A DNA stretch of 64,000 nucleotides from Azolla caroliniana (GCA_043228905.1 JBHGNT010000013.1:10106001-10170000); one strand, 5' to 3'; positions 50,201 through 64,000 are shown, numbered from the stretch's first letter. The notes: a model not told the origin generated them from the sequence alone. Made by a program: numbers and translations.

Positions 50201-51990
50201 CCCAAGCTGAACGGAGTTACTCCACCACGGAAAGGGAAGCTTTAGGCATGATCTACAACGTAACAAAATTCAAGCACTATTTATTGGGGAGAAAGTTTTC
50301 CTTCCATGTAGATCATTCGGCACTCCTCTACCTAGTATCTAAAGCGTCACTTACCGGTAAGTTGACCCGGTGGACTTTGCTATTGCAGGAGTTCGAATTC
50401 GAGATATTCCATCGACCCGACATACAGCATGCGGTAACAGATTATCTAAGCTGGTTAGATTCCGGCAAAACGGGTGACGGAGTACCGGACGAGTTTCCGG
50501 ATGCAGAGCTTTTTCGAGTCAGCACGGAAACGACAACAGAAGAAACGGTGGCACAAGAAGATAAGTGGCTAACTAATATGCACCAGTTTCTGAGTACCGG
50601 ATTGCCTCCGGAGGAGATGAACCGGGACGAGAGGAAGCGCTTGGTGGTACAAAGCCGGCACTTCTGTTTATTACAGGACACGTTATACCACAAAGGTGCG
50701 GACGGTATATGGCGACGAGCGGTGCGCAGCGACGAGAAGGAGGTAATACTACGGGAAGCACACTATGGAGTCACCGGAGGCGATTATGCCGGAGATGCGA
50801 CGGCAAGGAAGATATGGCAAAGTGGCCTATGGTGGCCGACTACATTGAAAGACGCAGTCCGGTACGTGAAAGAGTGTGATCTATGCCAGCGAATGGGCCA
50901 ACCAACGGAACAAGCTAGGATGCCGCACCAGCCAATACTACCGCTAGAACCATTTCAGAAATGGGGACTGGATTTTGTCGGACCATTTAAACCACCGGCA
51001 GTGAGAACTGGCAACCAGTATGTGATCGTCGCGACGGACTACTGCACTAAATGGGTGGAAGCCAAAGCCTTATGAGATAACACCGCGGCGTCAACGGCAA
51101 AATTCTTATAAGAATGCATTTGGTGCCGGTACGGATGCCCCATAGAGTTGATAAGCGACCAAGGAGGGCACTTTCTTGGACAGGTAATGGAGAGCTTGAC
51201 GTCATTCTATGCGGTAGTACATAAACGGAGCACCCCGTACTACCCACAAGCCAACGGATTAGCGGAGTCAACAAAGAAAACGCTACAGAATATCCTGTGC
51301 AATATCGTCAATGAAAATCAGATAGATTGGGACACGAAGCTACACAGTGCGCTCTGGGCTTACAGGACAACGCATCCAAACAACATTGTTCCGGTTAGCA
51401 TTCGGATTAGAGGCAGTCATGCCGGTCGAATTCCAGGTACCGAGCTTACGGATTCAGATTCGGGAACGAGTCAATGAGAAGGAATCAGAGGCAATTCGGT
51501 TAAAGGCTCTGTGTGAACTAGAAGAACACTGACTGGCGAGCATTATGCACCTGGAATTGGAACAACGGCGACGGAAAGCGTTTGTAGATCGGCACCGGAA
51601 AGGAAACGAAAAGATGTTCGAAGTCGGCAAGCCAGTACTAGTTTTCCAGACCCGGATGGGTAAAATGCCAGGCAAACTACGGTTTAGATGGACTGGACCG
51701 TACTGGATCACACGCGGGTTCAATGGGTCCTACTAGTTAGGGACACTTGCTGGCGAACTGTAGGGTAAATGGGTCAACGGGTTTAGACTAAAGCCATACA
51801 AAGGACCTATGCCCAAGAACCCATTTGAAGGAAGGACCGACACCGAATTGGACGCCGGCAGGCCAACCAAGACAACAACCTATGAGGAAAACGGGTACCA
51901 CCAAGCCCGTAAGGAGGAGGACGAGCCGGCAACCAGGGAAAGCATAACGATGGCAAACCGTCAAGAGGCCGACAAGGTGCGCGTTTCGGG
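47272..51990 (+). pseudogene. Element F gag C-part, protease, RT, RNase H and integrase (disrupted; longest ORF 48982-51075)
   Basis: [51 protein letters not shown]. Confidence 0.93.
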
Positions 51991-52011
51991 TAAGGGTCCG
52001 ACAGGACCGGA

Positions 52012-54706
52012 TCCCAATTCTCGGAATGGTCTCGGGATGTGCGACCCCAGATCTTGTTATGCTAAGGTGGATCGCCTACATCAAGTCTTTAAACCCAGAG
52101 ATCCGTCACATCGCAGGGAAGAAGAACGCCATGGCTGACATGCTGTCGAGGGCAAGATTTTCAAATGGAAGTAACATGGTTTCGGAAGATGAAGATGTCG
52201 CCCTCGACTTCTTCAAGATGGCTCAATTGTCGACGGAAGACCAGGACACGCAAACCCTCCACGCCTTCAACGAGAACGAGTACGAAGGAGAGTGGTTACT
52301 CATCGGTAGATTCCTAAGAACATTGACGACCGATGCTTTGTTGACAAAGGAGGAGGCCCTACGAATCCGGAAGAAAGCTTATCGATACTTCTTGAAGGGA
52401 GGATTCCTTTGGCGACATCCAAAAAGAAGGACAGGAATACCACGTCGAGTGGTGGTAAAGAAAGAAGAGCAAGAGATGCTGATGACCGAATTCCACGAGA
52501 GTGCTTGGGCAGGTCATAGAGGAACATGGGCGACGTTCGAAAAATTGAAGGAGAAGTACTGGTGGCCAAGCATGTACAAAGATGTACTCCATTTCGTTTC
52601 CACATGTGAAACTTGCCAAATATATTCAAATATACGTCATCGTGATGAGTTAAAGCCGACATACCCACTCACCATTCACCTCAAATGGATGGTGGATCTG
52701 GTCTCGATGCCAATGGGAGTGGGACAAATGAAGTACTTAGCGCTGGCAAGGGAAGACTTGACAAATCAAGTGGAAGGACGAGCCTTGACAAATAAGACGA
52801 CTTCAGCCGTTTGTAAATTTTTACTTGAAGATGTTGTTTGCCGATATGGATGTGTAGGGAAGATAGTGGCCGACCGAGGGGAGTTGGACGCGCACGAAGC
52901 GACGGAGCTCTTCGAAAGACGAGGCGTGAAGCTCTCCCTCACGACTGCCTACAATCCGGAAGCAAATGGGAAGATCGAGCGAGGGCATGGACCTATCGTT
53001 AAAGCCATCGTACGGGCATGCAACGGTCGAGTCGGGAATTGGCCACGACTATTACCCTATGCCTTGTGGGCCGATAGAACGACACATAGCTCGGTGACAG
53101 GGTATATGCCGACGGAGCTTATGTATGGACAAAAGCCGATTACGCCCATCGAAAGGACGATCGCCTCATGGGTAGCGATACCGTGGGGGAACGAGATGAG
53201 CCGAGAAGAGTTATTAGCGGCGCTGATAAGGCAACTTGAAAGAAGACCTGAAGATTTAGAAAAAGCGCGAAAGATGATGAAGGCAGCCCAAGTAAAGAAC
53301 AAAGTTCGGTTCGACAACACGCATCGACTTCGTCCCAAGAAGATTGAAGAAGGGGATTGGGTTTTAGTTTACGACAACACCCTTGACAATCAACATAGTA
53401 CAACAAGGAAGTTCGCAAGAAGATGGTTTGGGCCGTATGTGGTGACAAGTGCCAACGATAATGCCACATACCACCTTGCGGAACTAGACGGATCAAGGTT
53501 GGCCGTACCCATTGCGGGAAAAAGAGTAAAGCTTTTCAAGAAAAGACAAGACAAGGATCCTGACCTCGATTACCTCGACGATGAACATAATAGGCCGGAT
53601 GAAAATGAAGACATGGAGGAATCTAATTGATCATCGTAGCCGAAATCTCACTTCTTCTCTTCTTGGCACGTACCGGAGGACGTGCGGTTTGGTGGGGGTG
53701 GATGTCGTGAAGATTTTCGGCAATAGTGTGAAAATCCCATAAAACGTACAAAATCGAGTATGAATCACGTAATACAATAATTGTGAAGATAACATTTTTA
53801 ATATCTAAGTACAAAATGATGGAGGTTTCGAATGCACTTTATTACACGAGAAATGGACAACTAAATGTCAAGATATGAGGGTATAAAGTTTGTGAAAAGA
53901 AAAGAGAAAATTGTGAGATATCCCACATAGGCACGACAAATACGACTCTCATCATATATAAGGTGGAGCAAAAGATATTATCTTTGTGTCTGTGTGGAGC
54001 ATAGAGAGTTCAAGGTAACTTGAACTTAGAGTGGAGGTGGCTAGCTACTCGAAAAGGGTTTTGGCCAACCAAAACCGGACCAGCGATGGAGCCAGTGATC
54101 CGACCGCATCCGACCGCAATCCGGCGGCGGCATGCGGCACCGGTATCCGGCGTCGGCGTCGGCATCCGGCGGTGGCACCGGTATCCGGCGACTAGATAAA
54201 ATAAATATATAAAAATATATACATATTTACATATACAAGGAGGGCAAGTATGGATTCGAACCTTGCACCTCCAAGTTAGGAGTCAAATGGCTTACCATTA
54301 AGCCATGGTATTTAGTTAAAATTATATTTCTATCATTGTACTTTTACATGTAAATTCTCATCCATGAGTGCTAAAAATGAGTGACATGGTTAGCATGCAC
54401 CACATGTAATACTTAAGCGCCAAATGGCAAACATGCAATTTATGCATGTCTTGTACCCTCACATGCATCATATGCATGAGAGCATCTATAAAAGAGGGAA
54501 GGGGGAGGACAAAAACACGGTTTTTTTTATGAAAATTAAGAAGAAGAAATTCGTTATCAAATCAATCGTGTAATCTCATCTTCTCTCTTTCCCAAGCTAT
54601 CTTAAGTACTTTCTCGCCAAAGCTTGTATCGACTCTAAATCCTTCTAGTCCAGAACCCCGACAGTTCCGCCTCACGATCCGTGCGTAGTGACGGATCTTC
54701 ACGACA
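52012..54706 (+). mobile_element. 3' part of an E-family Gypsy inserted in the 3' LTR of F
   Basis: pol ORF, PPT GGTGGGGGTGGA 53691-53702, LTR 53703-54706, followed by ACGT and the end of the F LTR. Confidence 0.9.
52026..53630 (+). CDS. E-family RNase H tail and integrase (534 aa open frame, no chromodomain)
   Basis: ADMLSR, H2C2 zinc finger FHESAWAGH...CETCQ, WMVDLV, ADRGE, NGKIERGH, WFGPY. Confidence 0.9.
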   Translation: MVSGCATPDLVMLRWIAYIKSLNPEIRHIAGKKNAMADMLSRARFSNGSNMVSEDEDVALDFFKMAQLSTEDQDTQTLHAFNENEYEGEWLLIGRFLRTLTTDALLTKEEALRIRKKAYRYFLKGGFLWRHPKRRTGIPRRVVVKKEEQEMLMTEFHESAWAGHRGTWATFEKLKEKYWWPSMYKDVLHFVSTCETCQIYSNIRHRDELKPTYPLTIHLKWMVDLVSMPMGVGQMKYLALAREDLTNQVEGRALTNKTTSAVCKFLLEDVVCRYGCVGKIVADRGELDAHEATELFERRGVKLSLTTAYNPEANGKIERGHGPIVKAIVRACNGRVGNWPRLLPYALWADRTTHSSVTGYMPTELMYGQKPITPIERTIASWVAIPWGNEMSREELLAALIRQLERRPEDLEKARKMMKAAQVKNKVRFDNTHRLRPKKIEEGDWVLVYDNTLDNQHSTTRKFARRWFGPYVVTSANDNATYHLAELDGSRLAVPIAGKRVKLFKKRQDKDPDLDYLDDEHNRPDENEDMEESN

Positions 54707-57700
54707 ACGTTGTGCCGTAAGTCATTCTGCCGTACCACCCTTTGGTGAAGTGTCTTAAGTGGACACCTTGTGTTAGGCTGTTGTCCGGCCCTAGGAGTAA
54801 TAGGAACTCTTTGAAGACGGATAACACCTAATCCTTCGTCTTCAGCATAGAAATATTGTGAACCAGCATGCGACTTTGTATCCACATAGCATACGTCCGT
54901 ATGCACAAGTTCCAACGACATTTTCTTCCTCATCGGGGGCCTCGATCAAAACAGGGCTTTGTTCTGTTAGCTGGCCAGGCAATCGGCACACTTATCCAGA
55001 TGCACTTTCTTTACCTCCGGTAGGAGTTCCTTTTCAGTTAGCATCTACATTCCCTTTTGGCTCATGTGACATAGCCTCTTATGCCACAACTCACCAGTTG
55101 TGTTGGCTGCCATGTTCACTTCCCATCGAAATAATCGAGCATTCATTATGTATAGTGTGTTGGTTTTCCGGGCTCGAGCCACGATCAGACTCCCCTTATA
55201 GAACTTCATGACGTCGTTCCAGATGCTACCCATGTAGCCTTCATCATCCAGTTGACCGATTGATATCAAGTTTAGTCAAACTTCTGGAATGTGTCGAACA
55301 TCTCTCAGCACTAGTCTACACTCGGTTGACGTCATCAGACACACATCTCCAATGTTGACAAATCGGAATGCTCCTTCATTCCCCATTTTTACAAGACCAT
55401 GTCTTTGGCCTTGTATGATGAGAAGCACTTTCTATCGGGGGTTAGGTGAAACAACGCACCCGAAGCGACCACCCATGTTGATTCTTCGCCGACGAGATTG
55501 ATTTGATTTTATTCACTAATGAACAACAACTTCTCTTCACTTGCGGCAATTGCTAAGGTGTTCTTTCTGTCCAAGGTTTTCTTCCGCTCTATACCATCAG
55601 CTCCCCCTTTCTCCTTTCGAAAGTTCTTTTGGAATCGGCAGTTCTTTTGGAAGTGGCCCGGCTTTCCACAATAGAAGCACGTGGGCCTTTCCCTCGACTT
55701 CAACTTTGTCCCCAACTTATCTCAATTCTGCGGACTTCGATTTTGGTCTCTTCCTCGATTCGTGTCACTTTCCATGACGAGGGCCTTTGGGTTGGTATTG
55801 GAATCTTAGTCCTTTCGACGAGCTTCTTCATTCAATAAGCTCGACTTCACCTGCTCCAGTGATAGATGTTTGCCTTCCGGTCCGGCGTTGTCGAGTGTGA
55901 CAACGAGCGTCTCCAACCTGTCCAGAAGGAATCCGAGCAAGAATAGAGCTAATACCCCGTCGGCAACAGGTAATTCTAGAGAGGTGTTTTGGTTGATCAG
56001 TCCTTGGAAGGCATTAATATGCTTTGTTATGTTGGAGCCGTCTTGGTACCGGAGTCTCACGATTTTTCAGAAAATTGAGACTCTTTTCACGACATTCTTG
56101 TTCTCGAGCATTATGCCTATCTTCTTCCACAGGACATCCGCTTCTATTTCTTCACCGAAGTTGTTGTACAGACTCAGGTCTATAAAACACCTTATATATG
56201 CAGTTGCCTTCAAATGCAACACTTCCTAAGTCGATGCATCGATCTTGTTTGGCCTTATCCCTCCAAACTGCACCAACAACCAAAGGTCTTTGCACACGAG
56301 CATGTCTCTCCTCTTCGACTTCCACATTGAGTAGTTGGAGTTGGTCATGCCGCCGAACGAGTCTTCCATCACTCTAATACCACTTTGATAGGATCAAGAC
56401 AGACCACAACAGGTTGTGCTCACGAATATGTGTTCGGATGCAGTGAGAACAAGCAAGGCAATGCTCAGACAGAAGCAAATAGAAACGGAGAACTCAGAAA
56501 GGAGACACAAATATTTTACATGGAAAACCCGAAAAGGGAAAAAAACCACGGGGGCTCACAAACCCCGAGAAATAGGATCACTATGATAGAGGAGAAGCAT
56601 AATAAGAAACTTGGAGACAACAACTTCGAGATCTTCTTCATCCGTTTGACGGTTACAGAGCTACACACACACACACACAGAGTTACAAAGACAACTACCT
56701 TCTATATCACTATCTAACTAATAATGATCAACTACCTTAAATTTTTCCCTAGTTGTTTATATACTAAAACAACTTTCTGGCTATTTACAAGTATAGCCCA
56801 CAAGGACACACTAAGACTATTTACAAATAGTCTTCTGAATCAGCTTATGAAATCAATTTTCAATTTCGTTTTCGATTTCGATTCTCGATCTCGGCCTCAT
56901 CCAAAATACTCATTGACTCCATCCAATTCGCATCGTTCTCTTCTTCCCATCAGGTGGGACGTATTTTCCCAACACAATAAACAATGTGATTGTTGAGAAT
57001 ATGCCTCATCATCTAGGTGTAACGCAAAATCTAGTCGCCGAGAGAGAGCATCTGCTTTCCCCTGTTGAACGCAGGGTCGAAACACGATTTCGAAGTCGTA
57101 CTCGGCGAGAAAAGATGACCAACGAGCCTACCTCGGATTCAATGTACGACTAGTGCTGAAGTAGATGAGATTCTTGTGGTCAGTCAACACCTGGATAGAA
57201 TGTTGGGCCCCATCGAGATAGGGTCGCCATTCGGCGAACACAAAGATGATAGTTGCAAGCTCCTTGTTGTAGACCGGATAATTGATTTCCGGGGCTGTAA
57301 ATTTCTGGGAGTAGAAGGCGGCCGGATGTAGTGTGCCATCGTTGTCTGGCTGGGATAGGACCATGCCAATGGCGAAGTTAGAGGCATCAGTTTCAACCTG
57401 GAAGGGTCTCTTGGGGTCGGGGTGAACCAATACTTGGACTGAGAGGAAAGCTGCTTTGAGGGTCTCAAAAGCATTATGTGTTGCGGGGGTCCAGAGAAAT
57501 GGAGTATCTTTTCAAGTAAGTTGGATGAGAGGTTGCACGAAGGAAGAAAACTTGTCTATAAATCTTCTGTATAAATTTGCGAAACCAAGAAATTATTGTA
57601 CCTCTTATCATGTAACCCAATAATTCGACAGAGGTTTGATTGAATTCACATTTCTCACTTTTGGCATAAAGCCCATATTCCCGAAGTTTGATTAGAACCA

Positions 57701-57777
57701 GCCGGACGTGTTGTGTGTGCTCCTCTAAGTTAGAAGAAAAAACTAGGATGTCGTCTAGATAGATTACCACGAAATGT

Positions 57778-57955
57778 TGTAATAAACTAATTAGTTTAGA
57801 ATATGTAAATAGAAAAATCAATTATAAAATAAAACGCTACACTATATGAACAAGTGCACCCCAAAAATAGGGTGCACCTATAACCACCACATTTGCTCTC
57901 TGTGTGGTCGGTTGGTTCTAGAGAGAGACAAAACTATCATTTAATAAAGTTTCTT

Positions 57956-58006
<51 letters not shown>

Positions 58007-60030
58007 ATTTCTTATTTCCTACATGGTATTAGAGCGGTGAAGGAGTCCAACCCCACCAAGAATTGTGTCACAGTGTTAATAACGAACGTGTGAATTAAAG
58101 AAACGATTTTCGACCATGTCAAACGTTGGAGTGATAGCAAATGTGGCGGCAAATGCTACCCAAGTATCGTCTCACACTTATAACATTGAAAATTTGACTG
58201 ATAAAAACTATCAACCATGGCGTATGACCATGGAAATTATATTAGAACAACATGACTTGTTAAATATCGTTGATGGAACCGACGTGTGCCCCGACATTAA
58301 TGTCCCCACAAATGCACTTGACGTGCAAACATGGAAGCGATGTGATTTAAACGCTCACTTAGAACTTCTCCTTCATATGGAGGACACACTTAAGCAAAGT
58401 GTGAGAACCTTGACTATGTCCAAACAAATATGGGAATCATAGATTAGAGGCTGATTACCTCCATACGGACGTTACGTCCCAAGTTGCAAATTTAAAAACT
58501 TTAATGAATATGAATATAAATGAAAATGATGATGTTGACACGTTTGGTTAAAAATTGGAGACTTCAACATGATGATGTGATCCTTTCAGGACTTAGTTTG
58601 CCATTTTCCGTTCAATCCACCCTCTTATTAGCCGCCCTACCCCCATCATGTCAACCATTTATAAGCACAAAATCCACATCAACCAACATTAGTGTCCCAA
58701 CGTTAGTGACATCAATCTCACAAGAAAACATACTTTGTAGGGCAATAAATCAACCCCCCACATCTCACACCACACTTTATATCAAACATCCTAATTACAA
58801 TAAAAAATCTTACAATAAACCTAGATCAACATACCAACCTAATAACTCCAAATTTTATTCACGGACCTCTAAATTTAATGATTCAAGGAATCATAACAAA
58901 TCTAGGTTCCTTAGATCCTTTTGCAAAAATTGTCAAAGGAGTGGACATGAAATGAAATATTGTTATAGGAATTCTAACAACAATGGGAAAAGAACATATA
59001 AAGAAGCCCAATATTACAATGCATAACATGATGACTACGATCAAAATAATGACATATGTCATAATGATCAAAATTCCAATGAGGATAATGAAGATTCTTT
59101 CATTGCCTTCATGGCCCTCACTTCATTTAACAACTCTCCCACTTCAATGTCACCTCACCTCAAGGGTTGAATGGCTCAAAGACTATAAGGTCTTAGAACA
59201 TCCTTTCCTGATGAGATTTGGGAACAATGGGGTTGAATATGCCCTTGGACATGGGACTGCCCATCTTGAACTCTCTGATGGGAAATTCATTGAAATCAAT
59301 GAAGTTTATTGTATACCTAACATAGCAAAAAACTTGATATCTATCAATAAACTCACAAATGATAATTTACATTCGTCGAGTTTTATCACAAATATTGTAT
59401 CATTCGTCATAAGACACCCTCTGGACAAGGCTATGTCGTTAATTGTCCACGACAAGGATGTCTTTACCTTTTAGGCCGCTTGGTGGTACCTGCTAAAGAA
59501 ACACACCATATAGATGATTCAAACACATCAAACTATGTGACCTTACTATGTCACTATTGATTAGGTCACTTAAACCATCAAACAATGGTTCACATGGCCC
59601 AACAACATATAGCAATTGGGTTTAGTCTTCCTAGTAAAACGAAACTATCCCTTTGCGGAGGGTGTATATTTGTAAAACTCTCTAACTCCCCATTTCCATC
59701 CCATCCTACAACGACCACTAAACCCCTCCAACTAGTACACACAGATATATGTGGTCCTTTGTTTACCCCCATCCTACTTGGAAATGTATATTTCCTAACA
59801 TTTATCGATGACTTTACTCGTTTCACGATGGTCACGCTTCTAAAGACAAAATGTACCGATCAAGTCCTTGAGAAATTCAAAGCCTATCATAAACTTGTAA
59901 CAAACCAACAAGATTTACCCCTTAAAGTACTCCAATCAGATAATGGTGGAGAATTCAAGTCCCAAAACTTCCAACTTATTGCCAAAACCATGGGATTCAA
60001 CAACGGTTTACCATCCCATATATACCTCAA
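57778..60030 (+). mobile_element. Decayed Copia J: short LTR 57778-58023, PBS, gag-PR-INT fragments
   Basis: TGTA...TACA, TGGTATTAGAGC, IENLTDKNYQPW, VHTDICGP, QSDNGGEF. Confidence 0.85.
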
Positions 60031-60066
60031 CACAATTCACGGGCTGAACGATTGTTTACAAACCGT

Positions 60067-61264
60067 TGTCGTGAAAATTTTCGGCAATAGTGTGAAAATC
60101 CCATAAAACGTACGAAATCGAGTATGAATCACATAATACAATAATTGTGAAGATAACATTTTAAATAAATTTAATATCTAAGTACAAAATGATGGAGGTT
60201 TCGAATGCACTTTATTACACGAGAAACAGACAACTAAATGTCAAGATATGAGGGTATAAAGTTTGTGAAAGGAAAAGGGAAAATTGTGAGATATCCCACA
60301 TAGGCACGACAAATACGGCTCTCATCATATATAAGGTAGAGCAAAAGATATTATCTTTGTGTCTATGTGTGGAGCATAGAGAGTTCAAGGTAACTTGAAC
60401 TAAGAGTGGAGGTGGGCTAGCTACTCGCAAAGGGTTTTGGCCAACCAAAACCGGACCGGTGATGAAGCCGATGATCCGGCGCCGGTAAGACGACGGCATC
60501 CGGCAAGGCACCGGTAACCGACGACATCCGGCGGCGGCACCGGTATCCGGCGCCGGTAAGACGACGGCATCCGGCGAGGCACCGGTATCCGGCGCCGGTA
60601 AGACGACGGCATCCGGCGAGGCACCGGTAACCGATTGCATCTGGCGGCAACACCGGTATCCGGCATTCGACGAACCAACGTCCGGCGACTAGATAAATAA
60701 ATATATAAATATATATACATATATACATATACGAGAGCAAGTAAGGATTCGAACCTTGCACCTCCAAGTTAGGAATCAATTGGCTTACCATTAAGCCATG
60801 CTATTTAGTTCAAATTATATTTCTATCATTGTACTTTTACATGTAAATTCTCATACATGAGAGCTAAAATGAGTGACATGGTTATCATGCACAACATGTA
60901 ATACATAAGCGCCAAATGACAAACATGCAATTTATGCATGTCTTGTACCCTCACATGCAGCATATGCATAAGAGCATCTATAAAAGAAGGAAGGGGGAGG
61001 AGAAAAAACACGTTTTTTTTTATGAAATTAAGAAGAGGAAATTCGTTATCAAATTGATCGTGTAACTTATTTCTTAAATCTAAAGTTAAAAGTTCAATCA
61101 ATCTCTCTCAATCGTGTAATCTCAACTTCTCTCTTTCCCAATCTATCTTAAGTACTTTCTCGCTAAAGCTTGCGCCAAAGCTTGTACCGACTTTGAATCC
61201 TTCCGGTCCAGAACCCCGACGGTTCCGCCTCACGATCCGCGCGTAGTGACGGATCTTCACGACA
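60067..61264 (+). mobile_element. Solo LTR of family E (1198 bp) with an expanded 42-bp CCGG-rich repeat
   Basis: TGTCGTG...CACGACA, 4-bp TSD CCGT (60063-60066, 61265-61268). Confidence 0.93.
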
Positions 61265-62372
61265 CCGTGCACTTCAATATATAGAAATCAACACCTACTG
61301 AATTTCCTTCTTTTGCATTTACAGTGAAATTATCCCCAATGTTTATTACGTCACTAAGAGTATCTCCACATCCCTCATATGTGAAGTCAGCATTGTTTTT
61401 TGTTTCTCCATCAGTTGCCTCCTTATCATTCAATGTATGGTACTCCCAATTCTGAATATATGCTTTGTTTAAACAATGACTCCAATTTCCCTACACACAA
61501 TGGAAGCAAAAACAAGTTAATTTTCTAACTGCAATACAATGATCATCTAACCTAGAATAACCCCAAACTACATGGAGAGATCGCAATTCGGGAATTCCTT
61601 GGCACTCCCATGTCTTCTCCCTATTTATTTCATCTATCCTCACTTCCCAAAATACTCGTTGCACTCATTGACATATTAGTTCTTAAAAATTCGACTACAT
61701 GTGCTGCACAATTCATATGCACACCGTCTGCCTTTAGTTGTTCATGGGTAAGTGCCCGCTTTATAATGCACTTGTTCCATCATGTTCACCTTTACCATGG
61801 TTGGACCCAAAATAATTTCATCTCATCTCCAAACCCGTTACAAAAGATACCCTCCAACAAAATAAAATGGGCGTCTAGCCTTGAATTGTGATGCAGCTCT
61901 ATCAAACCAAACCCAATGTTGAGTAAGCTCCAAATGTTGAGTTAATAACCATTGCCAATGTAACTTAAAACGGTGTTGGACAAACAAGGTATCATGCTTC
62001 TTATCATTAGAAATAAAAAAATGAATTACTTTCTTAACATCACTTGAAACTCGAAAATATGTTATGTGCACAAAATGTTATATGGTTTTAGCGTTAGGGT
62101 TGTTGATAAATGGTGACACAAAGAGAGAGGACCAGAGAAAAAGATTGAGAGTGAACTATTCCTTCTTCATTTATTCCCCATAAGGGGTTAAATAGTTACA
62201 AAAGGGTAGATACATAGGGGTGCAAGCCCCCTTGGCCATTCACTTTAATCACTCACTCACACCTCTTCTTATTTGTTCACATGCACACACGTGTGCATGT
62301 GTTCACATACGTATCTACTCACGCTGACAATTACACTTACACATACACATCTCATTGTGGTCACCAAAATAT

Positions 62373-62577
62373 TGTTGTAGATTTTAGGGTTAGAGTTAAT
62401 AATGATGATGAAGATAGAAATAGGGTTAACGATGATGATGATAATGAATGTTGATGGTGATGGTGATGATGACGATTGCGGGATTGATGGCTATGGCGAT
62501 GGCATTGTGAATCATTGTGGGGTGGGGGATGGTGCCTAGAATAGATCCACCCCCCTCCCAAGGGGGTTCAACGTAAA

Positions 62578-62638
<61 letters not shown>

Positions 62639-62961
62639 GTCACCAAAGAGAGATAGAGATGAGAGAGAACTTCTTCATTGTTCATTCATTCCCCATAAGG
62701 GGTTAAATAGTTACAAAAGGGTAGAAACCCAGGGGTGCAAGCCCCCTTGTCCATTCACACTAATCACTCACTCACAGCTCTTCGTATATGTCCACATGCA
62801 CACATCTGTGCATGTGTTCACATACGCATCTACTCACACTCACAATTATACTTACACATTTACACATACACATCAACAACATTATAGCATTCCACGTTGA
62901 CTCATCACACTCAACTCTCCGTACATCTTGTACAGTAACACATTATGGCACGCCCGTGGGA
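62373..62961 (+). mobile_element. Family N LTR (62373-62940) with tRNA-Arg-like PBS; a truncated related LTR lies at about 62076-62355
   Basis: Homologous to 32641-33113; TGGCACGCCCGTGGGA at 62946-62961; (GA)n 62580-62636; block 62160-62350 repeats at 62670-62872. Confidence 0.8.
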
Positions 62962-63684
62962 AAGTGCCTTGCACTTCGATCCCACATGCCTTGATCATCA
63001 TCTCTATACGACTGGAACTTCCATCGGTCCTCTTCATCTATCGAGTCTCTCGATGGGAACACTTGACTCGAACATCTCCTAGAGACGCCATGAATAAATG
63101 AAGTTGTGTTTAATGAATTTTCCTAGAGGTACTACAAATAGAGACACCAAATCCCTTGGTTTAAGCGACTTCTTTCTTTTACACACCTTTGCTTCGAAAT
63201 TGTTGTCCACGGACTCAAATAACTTGACAGAGATTAATATTTCAATACTCAACTCTTTTGGACATCACCTAAATCTACTAGGTCCACAATCTTGACATAA
63301 ACCCATGACAAATTTATAATTGTCGAAGATAGCCTCATATTCTCTCGAACACAATACTGAATCTAAAAGACCACTGATGGACAAGATAACATGCTCTGAT
63401 GATTTACAGTGCTCTTGTAGGATAGATCGACAAATTGGGCTCTCACAAGTGCAGACTACATCCTCTAAAGATGAGTTGTGGTGACTTAGTAGATTAACAA
63501 AATCCTTGAGGAAACCCATTTGTACATGGTAAATGCAACATGTGTATCGATCCTTTAAGCGTCTCACAAAGTGTCACTTAAGAGACTCTAATGTTCGTAG
63601 TTGAACTTTGATATTTGGATGCATTCGCTTTTAAACCTAATAAATAAATCTACTTGCGTAATAAGAAGGGAGTTCTGATGCTAT

Positions 63685-64000
63685 CTGATGTAGCTAGTTA
63701 GATATAGTGTGGTAGCTAATTAGCTATGATAATATTTTGATGCAACTATGATATTATTCTAATGGAGTTGATTAGCTATGATCATATTCTGATGTAGGTA
63801 ATTAGCTATGATCATCCTCTAGTGTAGGTAATTAGCTATTTTGATGTAGCTAATTAGCTATTACGAGTAGCTAGTTAGCTATGATCATATTTTGATGTAG
63901 CTAATTAGCAACATTGATAGCTAATTAGCTGATCATAGCTTGTTAGCTATTGCCAGTAGCTAATTAGCTGTTACTAGTAGCTAGGTAGCTATTATCATAT
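63685..64000. repeat. Degenerate 18-30 bp tandem array built on the palindrome AGCTAATTAGCT (runs off the window)
   Basis: Repeated gtagctaattagctatgatcatat units. Confidence 0.85.

Larger units (their letters stand above)
60030..63600 (-). pseudogene. Decayed DNA transposase, Sola2-like, interrupted by LTR insertions (main pieces 61269-62075, 63100-63600)
   Basis: HFFISNDKKHDTLFVQH, WVWFDRAASQFKARRPF, NYFGSNHGKGEHDG, IKRALTHEQL, RKLTCFCFHC, RYTCCIYH. Confidence 0.65.

Noticed and set aside
60737-60804. Genuine tRNA-Arg/Lys genes in LTRs
   Set aside because: Acceptor and anticodon stems pair poorly and the anticodon differs between copies; treated as tRNA-derived promoter-like modules

Overview
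Gene-free, heterochromatin-like nuclear DNA from a seed-free vascular plant, most likely a fern (inferred from plastid-gene copies that need heavy RNA editing). Almost the whole window is a stack of nested LTR retrotransposons: Ty1/Copia (Tork/Tnt1-like and Ivana/Gymco-like), Ty3/Gypsy chromoviruses and non-chromoviruses. It also holds a decayed Sola2-like DNA transposase and a ~3.7 kb mosaic plastid insertion (rpoC1 exon1/intron, ndhG, psbE-psbF-psbL, ycf1 pieces) inside a Gypsy gag. TSDs resolve a six-layer nest from 30.5 to 57.8 kb. Most notable patterns: (1) four dissimilar Gypsy LTR families each carry an antisense tRNA-like Pol III A-box/B-box module in U3; (2) a TGTCGT...ACGACA LTR group makes 4-bp TSDs, always centred on CpG; (3) a very young Copia lacks reverse transcriptase; (4) a conserved hairpin recurs at exact 56-bp spacing in a chromovirus leader. 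No CRISPR array, intact host gene or true tRNA/rRNA gene is supported. Element letters are my labels. Lineage names come from motif recognition only, and coordinates were counted by eye (approximate where stated).
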